This document shows positions 9,415-16,416 of a stretch of DNA of 42,262 nucleotides, one piece after another. The position numbers were made by a program, and so were the translations under genes. Below the pieces are notes generated by a model. That model was given only the letters and a program-made list of their open reading frames with translations. It was not told the DNA's origin and did no database searches. Where the stretch lies: assembly GCA_030647095.1 (NCBI GenBank), contig JAUSKH010000063.1:1-42262 (forward strand). Reading direction: 5' to 3'. This DNA comes from Nanobdellota archaeon (GTDB lineage: Archaea; Nanobdellota; Nanobdellia; Pacearchaeales; GW2011-AR1). The stretch's first letter is position 1, and every line of letters begins with the position of its first letter.

Positions 9415-10166
9415 TTCCTTTTTTTCTTTATTTTTTTATTAGATATTTTTTTCTTTTTTATAGTTACTTTTTTCTTTGACTTTTCCTTTACAGCTTTTTT
9501 ATTTTTTACTTTTGTAACTTTAATAGAATTCTTTGCTTTTTTAGATTCTTTCATTCTTTTTGCTCTCGCAAACTTTTTATCTTTATCTTTTTTCTTCATA
9601 TCTGCTTTAATTCTTCTCTCTTTTATTTTTTGTTCTTTTTGCTGGATTTCTTCTATTTCACTATTAAGTATGGCTTTTGTATTCTCCATTTTTTTTATTT
9701 CTTCTTTTATGTATGGAACTACTTCTTCTGGTTGTTTTACATCTAGAACTTCTCCACATTCTGGGCAAGTGTAATTGTTTGCTAGAGCTATTTCTTCAGT
9801 GTATTCAATATCACAATTTTTACAATAGAAAAATGATTTTGTTTGCCTTATATTAAGCTGGCTAGAAAGTTGATCTATTTTTTTATCTATTCGTTCTCTA
9901 TATTTTATTAAGCTTTTCTCTATATCCAGAGTCCAGAAATACGTATACCATCCACCTTTTTTCTTGTCTTTTTTTCTAATGAACCTGACTAAACCTTCTT
10001 CTCCAAGCTTATATAAAATATTTCTAGTTTGATTAATAGTCATAACCAATTTATTAGCAATGAGAAATTCATTTACATTTTTTTTCCCATAAAGTATATC
10101 GACCAGCTTTTCTGAGTTCTGGCCTGAGATTTCTTTTACAATATCTTTAAGAAGTTTTTCTTGCAT
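9411..10166 (-). CDS. tfe: Transcription factor E (TFE-alpha) with a long Lys-rich tail
   Basis: N-terminal winged helix (NEFLIANKLVMTINQTRNILYKLGEEGLV), zinc ribbon CKNC...CPEC, and about 70 aa of K-rich C-terminus. Confidence 0.75.
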   Translation of the reverse strand: MQEKLLKDIVKEISGQNSEKLVDILYGKKNVNEFLIANKLVMTINQTRNILYKLGEEGLVRFIRKKDKKKGGWYTYFWTLDIEKSLIKYRERIDKKIDQLSSQLNIRQTKSFFYCKNCDIEYTEEIALANNYTCPECGEVLDVKQPEEVVPYIKEEIKKMENTKAILNSEIEEIQQKEQKIKERRIKADMKKKDKDKKFARAKRMKESKKAKNSIKVTKVKNKKAVKEKSKKKVTIKKKKISNKKIKKKRK

Positions 10167-10299
10167 ATTATATTTAAAAGATATTGGTTTAAATAGGTTG
10201 TTGTCTGAATTTTTTTCTAGAGGGAAAAATCACTAGCTATGTTGTTACTATTTATTAGTTGATATAAATATATATAAATTAGTTTAAAAACCTATTATC

Positions 10300-10935
10300 A
10301 TGTTTTGGAGTAAAAAAGAGAGTGTAAAGAATTTGCCAGATTTTCCTCCTATCAGAACTCCTTTATCTACACTTGTTCCTAGACCTCCAGTTGAGATGTG
10401 GGATCAGGGTGAATTTCACTCATTGCCTTCTTTTCCTGATTCGCCTAAACATAATCAATTCTCACAGGCAGTAATAAAAGATGCTGTGAACGCAAGAGAA
10501 GAATCGCAGGAAGGGAATGAATTTCCTGATGATAATATGAAATCCAAGAGTTTTAAGGTTATGGAGATGGGCGGTTGGAATTCTACACCTGAACTAGGTG
10601 GAAATAGTTCTATGATGAGCAATGAAGCTGAATATCTTCCTGTTCAGAGTGTTTCTAAGGGTTCGGTTAGAGTACAAGAGGAGACTTCAAAGTTTTCTAG
10701 GCCACCACAATCAAGAGGTTCTGAAATATTTGTTAAAATAGATAAGTTCCATTCTGCTAAAAGAGCATTGGGAGATATAAAGTCAAAGGTTGAGGAAATT
10801 GATGAAATAATTAAGAAAATAAGGGAAACAAAATTGAGGGAAGAGCAGGAGCTTGCTGCTTGGGAAAAAGATATTTTACATGTAAAAACTAGGTTAAAAG
10901 ATGTAACTGAAAATATTTTTGAAAGAGTTGATTAA
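10300..10935 (+). CDS. Hypothetical protein (disordered N-terminus, coiled-coil C-terminus)
   Basis: ORF only. The N-terminal half is Pro/Ser-rich. The C-terminus (EIDEIIKKIRETKLREEQELAAWEKDI) is coiled-coil-like. Confidence 0.4.
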   Translation: MFWSKKESVKNLPDFPPIRTPLSTLVPRPPVEMWDQGEFHSLPSFPDSPKHNQFSQAVIKDAVNAREESQEGNEFPDDNMKSKSFKVMEMGGWNSTPELGGNSSMMSNEAEYLPVQSVSKGSVRVQEETSKFSRPPQSRGSEIFVKIDKFHSAKRALGDIKSKVEEIDEIIKKIRETKLREEQELAAWEKDILHVKTRLKDVTENIFERVD

Positions 10936-10936
10936 A

Positions 10937-11272
10937 ATGGACTCAGAATATGTACTGCTTTCTTCCGATACAAGAAGATATTGTGAACATGAACTTTTAC
11001 AGGCGCAGCTTGAAGCGCTTAAGTCTGTGAAAAGACTTGATAATTATAAGAAATGTAGATTAGAAGAATTGAATTTAAAGATTAAATTTAAATCAAAGAC
11101 GGATGAATTGCTTTCTTTAATTTCTTCTTTTGAAAAGATGTTTCCTAAAACTGAATATAAGCCGCAAATAGAGTTTAAAGAGCAACAAATGGTGGAGAAG
11201 AAAAAGAAGGTTTTATCTATTGAGGAAGAAATTGATGAGATTCAGAATAAGTTAAGTCAGTTAAGGGTGTAG
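10937..11272 (+). CDS. Hypothetical coiled-coil protein
   Basis: The ATG at 10937 lies directly after the stop of the upstream gene. The sequence is heptad-like. Its last 8 codons plus the stop are duplicated at 13147-13170. Confidence 0.4.
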   Translation: MDSEYVLLSSDTRRYCEHELLQAQLEALKSVKRLDNYKKCRLEELNLKIKFKSKTDELLSLISSFEKMFPKTEYKPQIEFKEQQMVEKKKKVLSIEEEIDEIQNKLSQLRV

Positions 11273-11290
11273 TTATTAGATTAAAAAAGT
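11251..11290 (+). repeat. Direct repeat DR1, left copy (includes the native 3' end of the 10937-11272 gene)
   Basis: GTTAAGTCAGTTAAGGGTGTAGTTATTAGATTAAAAAAGT. It matches 13147-13184 with one mismatch and a 2-nt indel. Confidence 0.85.
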
Positions 11291-11488
11291 GCCTTGATAA
11301 GTAGGGAATGTTCTGTCTGGAGGTTCGTTATGACCTCGTTCACTTTGAATATATTTTGCTGATGCTACCAGAAATCTTCCAGAATGTTCTCTGAGTAGGG
11401 TTTTTACTTCATCTATATCTCTTTTAACTTGTTTAGGAGTGTATTCTCTTTTTACTTCTGTATTATAATCTTGCCTTTCTTCAGTCAT
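11276..11488 (-). CDS. Hypothetical 70-aa protein
   Basis: ORF only. Its 3' end lies inside DR1-left. Confidence 0.3.
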   Translation of the reverse strand: MTEERQDYNTEVKREYTPKQVKRDIDEVKTLLREHSGRFLVASAKYIQSERGHNEPPDRTFPTYQGTFLI

Positions 11489-11655
11489 GTTTGTATTAGT
11501 CTATTATTGCTTTTATAGTTTGTTGTGCTGAAGATTTAAATACTACATGTGCTCTTTGTATTATATGGAAGAAGTAGAAATAATTGATAGTGAAAAAGCT
11601 CTTAGAGCAGCAAAGATCATGGATGAATTGAAAAAATAAGGAGATATAAATAAAA

Positions 11656-11877
11656 ATGTTAATTAAAAGTTTAGAAATGGCAAAACGTGCTATTAAAATT
11701 GTATTTGGATTCACGTTTCTGTTTATAGGAATTGCTTTGCTTGTTTTACCGGGACCTGGAATAGTAATAATTATTTTTGGGTTGATTATTCTTGCTACAG
11801 AGTATATTTGGGCACGAAATTTATTGGAAAAAGCAAAATTCGGACTTAATAAGCTCAAAATACGAAAGTATAGATAA
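11656..11877 (+). CDS. PGPGW-family small membrane protein
   Basis: Two TM helices joined by LVLPGPGIVI. A GGAG lies 12 nt upstream of the ATG. Confidence 0.65.
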   Translation: MLIKSLEMAKRAIKIVFGFTFLFIGIALLVLPGPGIVIIIFGLIILATEYIWARNLLEKAKFGLNKLKIRKYR

Positions 11878-11885
11878 TTCTGTTA

Positions 11886-12008
11886 ACCCTCGTGAAATCC
11901 TCTACATTCAGGTAGAGGTTAGCAGGTTACGTGGATTTCCCAGGTCTCACAAAACCACGAACAAACCTTGGCTTTTAAGCCAAGGTACACGAAAGGGCTT
12001 TTTGATTT
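11886..12008 (+). repeat. Structured intergenic repeat, copy B
   Basis: Hairpin CCTCTAC-ATTCAG-GTAGAGG (11899-11918). The core GAACAAACC-[CCTTGGC TTTTAA GCCAAGG]-TACACGAAAGGGCTTTTTGATTT spans 11959-12008. The stem differs from copy A by compensatory substitutions. Confidence 0.75.
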
Positions 12009-12043
12009 TAAAATGTCCTTGATTATAATTACCCAAATTCTCT

Positions 12044-12664
12044 TTAATAAATATTTTCATCTGTCCAGAGATCGAAGATTTTTGGGGCAATTCTTTTTTC
12101 ATGAAAGAATTGTTTTAAGTCGTTTGCATGCTCTATCGGGACTAAAAGCGCACCTTTAGCAATTTTCTTTGCTTTTATTTTATTTGCCAGACCAGGATAG
12201 TCTTTTTTATTCATCTTAAAACCATATAGTTTTCTGAATATTGAAACTCTTTTTTTATCTGGTTTTATATTTTCAAATGAGAATAATACGTACTGCTTTG
12301 ATTTTTCTATATCCGAATGATATTTTCCGTATAGAGTCACACCTGTGTTCATTACTGCTCTTTTAAGGTCTTTCCATTCTTCACTCTCTATATCTCCCAC
12401 TATTATTGAAAATTGTTTTTGAATTCCTTTTAGTTTCCATTCTTTATATCGTGATGTTCGCCGATATTCTTCTAATATTTTATCTATTTTTTTTGGTAGG
12501 TTTTTATCTAAGGACTCAATAAATAAGTCTATATCCGAAGATTCGTCAAAATCACCTCTGGCAACCGAGCCATATAGGATTATTTTATTTATATTTTTAA
12601 CTCTTAAAATTAAGAACGAAACAAAATCTATTACATAGGCAGTTAGCTCGTCTTTATTTGCCAT
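12044..12664 (-). CDS. Nucleotidyltransferase-domain protein (MNT-like N-terminus plus an extra ~90-aa C-terminal domain)
   Basis: GSVARGDFDESSDIDLFI is the pol-beta-superfamily NTase motif (GS...DxD). The C-terminal region YVLFSFENIKPDKKRVSIFRKLYGF...GALLVPIE resembles a Cas2/PaaX-C-like ferredoxin-fold pattern. That resemblance is a low-confidence inference. Confidence 0.75.
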   Translation of the reverse strand: MANKDELTAYVIDFVSFLILRVKNINKIILYGSVARGDFDESSDIDLFIESLDKNLPKKIDKILEEYRRTSRYKEWKLKGIQKQFSIIVGDIESEEWKDLKRAVMNTGVTLYGKYHSDIEKSKQYVLFSFENIKPDKKRVSIFRKLYGFKMNKKDYPGLANKIKAKKIAKGALLVPIEHANDLKQFFHEKRIAPKIFDLWTDENIY

Positions 12665-13055
12665 TTTTTAGGTTTTGATTTATTATTTCTCTTAATTCAT
12701 TGAAGTTTTTTATTGCTTTTTCTATTCTTTCTTTTGTTTTTCTATTCCCGTAACAAAGCGCTATTCTTTCTTCTTCTATATTTTTCATTAATTCCAAAAT
12801 CTTAATTCTTTTTGGAAACTCTGGAGGAACTTTCTCCCGTATTAGATTTTGGTTTTTAAAAACGCGATGATCGAATTGGTCACCAGAGCCTTGTATTAAG
12901 TGTAATTTGTGCAGATAAATTGCAAATAATTCTATAGAACCTTGTGAAACATTGTATCCAATATTCCTCTGATTTTCTTCAATTCCTTCATCTATAAGTC
13001 TCTTTATATTATTAAGATGTTCTTTATATGCTTCTTCATGCTGTTCTAATTTCAT
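12654..13055 (-). CDS. All-helical partner protein of the NTase (possible HEPN-like)
   Basis: Overlaps the NTase start by 11 nt. I place the start at ATG 13055 (MKLEQHEE), directly abutting the third operator-like palindrome. No clean Rx4-6H motif is visible. Confidence 0.45.
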   Translation of the reverse strand: MKLEQHEEAYKEHLNNIKRLIDEGIEENQRNIGYNVSQGSIELFAIYLHKLHLIQGSGDQFDHRVFKNQNLIREKVPPEFPKRIKILELMKNIEEERIALCYGNRKTKERIEKAIKNFNELREIINQNLKNGK

Positions 13056-13123
13056 GTTACATTTGTAATATTCTTTTGTTACATTTGTAATATTTAAACT
13101 TTTCGTTTTGTTACATTTGTAAT
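13056..13123 (-). promoter_or_regulatory. Three operator-like palindromes plus a TATA-like box upstream of the 13055-12044 operon
   Basis: GTTACATTTGTAAT (inverted repeat TTACA-N2-TGTAA) occurs at 13056-13069, 13078-13091 and 13110-13123. On the minus strand, TTTAAATA lies between copies 2 and 3, and copy 1 abuts the ATG. Confidence 0.6.
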
Positions 13124-13146
13124 TATGTATGAACAAAGACCGGTTA

Positions 13147-13184
13147 GTTAAGTCAGTTAAGGGGGTAGTTAGATTAAAAAAGTT
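13147..13184 (+). repeat. Direct repeat DR1, right copy
   Basis: GTTAAGTCAGTTAAGGGGGTAGTTAGATTAAAAAAGT. It duplicates the 3' end and stop of the gene ending at 11272. Confidence 0.85.
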
Positions 13185-13203
13185 GGGTGTTAAAATTAGA
13201 ACA

Positions 13204-13247
13204 AGTTAAACTCTGCAAAAATGAGCAGTTAAGTGCTCCCGGGACCT
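13204..13247 (+). repeat. Direct repeat DR2, left copy
   Basis: AGTTAAACTCTGCAAAAATGAGCAGTTAAGTGCTCCCGGGACCT. The 21-nt core AGTTAAGTGCTCCCGGGACCT recurs at 14109-14129 with one mismatch. Confidence 0.75.
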
Positions 13248-14007
13248 ACTTCTTAAGTTTGAATATAATAAACAAGGGAATTTTATTTGCTTTTATCCAA
13301 AAATTCAAATCTAATTTTTTAACACTGGCTAAGGGCTTAGGTTCTATGCAATCTTCAATTTTAAAACTAGATTTTAGGATATCTTTCAATAATAGTGAAA
13401 TGGGTCTGTGATAGTAAGTTACTTTAAAATTATTAAACCAAATATCATTTATTTTTCTAGAATTTAAGTAATCTCCATGAGTAACATAAACTCCATCTTT
13501 TTCTGAATAACCGAGAAATTGTGATTTTCCAGATTTATCTTTTTTTCTTTCAGCACCCCAGTAAACGGGATTATGTGTTGAGAATAAGAATATTCCATTA
13601 CTTTTTAAAACTCTTTTTACTTCTTTTAATACCTTAGTCCAATCTTTAACATAGTGCATTACTAAACTGGAATAAATAAAATCAAAAGATTCATTTTTAA
13701 ATTTCAATTTCTCCATATCCATAACATAGAAATCTATTGTTGGATAATTCTTCTTAGCTATATCGATTAACTCTTTAGAAATATCAATTCCTATTACTTT
13801 TTTAGCACCTAATGAGTTTATATGTTCACATTCTTCACCAGCTCCACAACCAATACACAAAACAGATTTTCCATTTAAGTTTGGAAGTTCTTTATACATT
13901 GCAGGTTTTTCTAAATGCGAATGCCCCAAACCCTTACCTTTTAACCACTCATTATTATTTTTATTATACTCTTCAATTGTTTTTTTGTCAGTAGGCATGA
14001 TAACCAT
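13246..14007 (-). CDS. Class I SAM-dependent methyltransferase
   Basis: Motif I is VLCIGCGAGE. Also seen: an acidic residue after beta-2 (IGIDIS), and FDFIYSSLVMHYV plus GIFLFSTHNP typical of Methyltransf_11/25-type enzymes. Confidence 0.85.
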   Translation of the reverse strand: MVIMPTDKKTIEEYNKNNNEWLKGKGLGHSHLEKPAMYKELPNLNGKSVLCIGCGAGEECEHINSLGAKKVIGIDISKELIDIAKKNYPTIDFYVMDMEKLKFKNESFDFIYSSLVMHYVKDWTKVLKEVKRVLKSNGIFLFSTHNPVYWGAERKKDKSGKSQFLGYSEKDGVYVTHGDYLNSRKINDIWFNNFKVTYYHRPISLLLKDILKSSFKIEDCIEPKPLASVKKLDLNFWIKANKIPLFIIFKLKK

Positions 14008-14039
14008 AATTAAATGCTTATTAAAAGGCTTTCTAATCT

Positions 14040-14129
14040 AGTTAAACGCTCCCCAAAAAATAACCAAAATTTTCACAAAATAAGGTGTTAATGCTCCCCA
14101 AAACAGCTAGTTAAGTGCTCCCGAGACCT
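14040..14129 (+). repeat. Direct repeat DR2, right copy (expanded, three GTTAA-NGCTCCC submotifs)
   Basis: Submotifs are AGTTAAACGCTCCCCAAAAAA (14040-), GTGTTAATGCTCCCCAAAAC (14086-) and AGTTAAGTGCTCCCGAGACCT (14109-14129). Confidence 0.7.
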
Positions 14130-14292
14130 CAGCTTCGATGAGAATGTGGGATTATTAACCTAAGGGTTCGAGGACCCCACGAGGAACATAACCTAAAACT
14201 TAACTTTTTCACAAGATTAGCTTAAGATACTTAGAACTTGTGTGCGAGAGGTTTATCCAAATTTTTATATATCCTCTTTTCTGTATGAAGAC

Positions 14293-16365
14293 ATGAAAAC
14301 AGAGATAAAGAGATTTCCTAAGCCTTCGCTATCCCCACAGCAAGCTGATGGGGTATTACGCTCGGCTTCAGGACGGAAATCTCTAATTGTCAAATCGGAC
14401 GACGTAGCAAAGCTGTGGGGTATTAAACCCAATTTGACAATAAAGACTAGAGAGGAGCTAATTAAGAAGTATACTGAATTTTTTAGAAGTAAAGGGCATA
14501 AAGAGATTCCTTCTTCTTCACTGATTCCTGAAAATGATCCTACTGTGCTCTTTACCACAGCTGGAATGCATCCACTTGTTCCTTTTCTTCTTGGGCAGAA
14601 ACATCCTCTGGGGAAGAGGTTGGTAGATGTGCAGAAGTGTATAAGGACTGGGGATATTGATGAGGTCGGAGATGAAGTTCATCATACTTTTTTTGAGATG
14701 CTTGGGAATTGGAGTTTAGGAGATTACTTTAAGAAAGAAGCTATTGAATGGAGTTTCGAATTCTTGACAAGCAAAGAGTGGTTGGGAATTTCGATGAACA
14801 AACTAGCAATAAGTTGTTTTGCAGGAGATAAAGATGCTCCTAAGGATGATTATTCTTCAAAAATTTGGATGTCTTCGGGAATTCCAAAAGAAAGAATTGC
14901 TTTTTTGCCTAAAGGAAAAAATTGGTGGGGACCGGCTGGAGAGACTGGTCCATGTGGACCAGATACTGAAATGTTTTATTGGGTTGGAAAGGAAAAAACA
15001 CCAAAAGAATTTGATCCTGAAGATAAGAGGTGGGTTGAAATTTGGAATGATGTTTTTATGGAGTATATTAAAACTAAGGAATGCAAATATGAGAAGGCTA
15101 AGCAACAGAATGTTGATACTGGAATGGGTGTTGAGAGAACGCTTGCTGTTTTGCAAGGTAAAAGCGATAACTATCAGACTTCTATATTCTTGCCTGTGAT
15201 AACTGACATAGAGAATATTTCTAAAAAGAGATATAAGGGAAATGAGAGGCAGATGAGGATAATCGCGGATCATTTGAGGGCTGTAACTTTTATTCTTGGA
15301 GATTCAAAAGGAATAAAACCAAGCAATTTGGGTCAAGGATATGTATTAAGAAGATTGATTAGAAGAGCAATAAGATACGGAAAAGAATTAGGAATCAGTA
15401 ATAAATTTTGTGTTAATATTGCGGGAGTGGTGATAAATAGTTTTAAGAATTCTTATCCAGAGCTTGAAAGGAACAAAGATTTTATTTACAAAGAATTAGG
15501 TGAAGAGGAATTAAAGTTTGAGGTTACTCTGAAAGAGGGTCTAAGAGTTAGTGAGAAATTATTTAGTTCAAAAAAGCCTATAAAAAAGGAAAAATTTCTG
15601 AAGCTGATGAACCTTGACAGCAAGAAAAATATTCTTCGGGAAATTTTTAATAATAAGAGAAACGGCAAGAAATATGAAATTAAGGAGGCTGGTATTTCTG
15701 AAGAGGAAATTAATAGAGCGACTGTATCTGGAAAGGAGGCTTTTGATTTATATCAATCTTTTGGATTTCCTATTGAAATGATAGTTGAATTAGTCAGAGA
15801 AAGGAAAAATTTGGTGGATATAGATGGTTTTGATGAGGAATTTAAAAAACATCAAGATTTAAGCAGAAGCGTTTCTTCTGGGATGTTTAAATCTGGACTG
15901 GCTGATTATTCTGATAAAACTAAGAGATTACATACTGCAACTCATTTGTTGAATGAGGTTTTGAGAAGACTATTGGGCAGGGATATAAAACAGAAGGGAT
16001 CTAATATTACCTCAGAAAGATTAAGGTTTGATTTTAATTTTCCAAGAAAATTAACAGAAGAGGAAATTAAGAAGATTGAAGAATTAGTAAATAAAAAAAT
16101 TAATGAAGAGTTAAAAGTTAAGAGGGAAGAAATTCTTTTGCAGAAAGCTATAGACTCTGGGGCACAAGCTGAATTTGGTGCTAAGTACCCTGATATTGTT
16201 TCTGTTTATACTATTGAGGATTCAAACGAGAAGAATGGATGGTTTAGCAAGGAGATTTGTACAGGGCCACATGTTGAAAATACAAAAGACATAGGAAAAT
16301 TTAAGATTATAAAAGAAGAGAGCGTTGCTGCTGGAATTAGAAGGATAAAGGCAAGTGTGGAATAA
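14293..16365 (+). CDS. alaS: Alanine--tRNA ligase (catalytic and editing domains, no C-Ala domain)
   Basis: Motifs FTTAGMHP, WGPAGETGPCGPDTE and VDTGMGVER. Editing-site motifs are HTATHLL and CTGPHV. The start is uncertain: GTG 14242, ATG 14293 or TTG 14434. Recognisable AlaRS sequence begins at about 14446 (TREELIKKYTEFFRSKGH). Confidence 0.9.
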   Translation: MKTEIKRFPKPSLSPQQADGVLRSASGRKSLIVKSDDVAKLWGIKPNLTIKTREELIKKYTEFFRSKGHKEIPSSSLIPENDPTVLFTTAGMHPLVPFLLGQKHPLGKRLVDVQKCIRTGDIDEVGDEVHHTFFEMLGNWSLGDYFKKEAIEWSFEFLTSKEWLGISMNKLAISCFAGDKDAPKDDYSSKIWMSSGIPKERIAFLPKGKNWWGPAGETGPCGPDTEMFYWVGKEKTPKEFDPEDKRWVEIWNDVFMEYIKTKECKYEKAKQQNVDTGMGVERTLAVLQGKSDNYQTSIFLPVITDIENISKKRYKGNERQMRIIADHLRAVTFILGDSKGIKPSNLGQGYVLRRLIRRAIRYGKELGISNKFCVNIAGVVINSFKNSYPELERNKDFIYKELGEEELKFEVTLKEGLRVSEKLFSSKKPIKKEKFLKLMNLDSKKNILREIFNNKRNGKKYEIKEAGISEEEINRATVSGKEAFDLYQSFGFPIEMIVELVRERKNLVDIDGFDEEFKKHQDLSRSVSSGMFKSGLADYSDKTKRLHTATHLLNEVLRRLLGRDIKQKGSNITSERLRFDFNFPRKLTEEEIKKIEELVNKKINEELKVKREEILLQKAIDSGAQAEFGAKYPDIVSVYTIEDSNEKNGWFSKEICTGPHVENTKDIGKFKIIKEESVAAGIRRIKASVE

Positions 16366-16416
16366 TAATATTTATAAGCCTTCTTTTATAATTAATATGT
16401 GTAGAGAAGAGGAAAT

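Noticed and set aside
9411-9620. The Lys-rich low-complexity 3' end of tfe (A/T homopolymer-rich DNA) was considered as a possible repeat element or frameshift-prone region.
   Set aside because: It stays in frame as a basic tail and has no periodic DNA repeat. It is most simply a disordered basic extension.
11966-11985. The CCTTGGC-TTTTAA-GCCAAGG hairpin of the repeat family looked like a tRNA-Lys(UUU) anticodon arm, or a split-tRNA half as in Nanoarchaeum.
   Set aside because: The stem is 7 bp with a 6-nt loop, not 5 bp with a 7-nt loop. No D or T arms or acceptor complement surround any of the three copies.
14160-14186. GGGTTCGAGGACCCC resembles a tRNA T-arm (GTTCGA).
   Set aside because: The stem and loop geometry is wrong (3-4 bp, 8-nt loop). 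No acceptor, anticodon or D arm can be built on either strand.
14239-14250. GTGCGAGAGG resembles the GUGYG 5' end of a group II intron.
   Set aside because: There is no domain V-like hairpin, no reverse-transcriptase ORF and no AY 3' end within a plausible distance. The match is 5 nt only.
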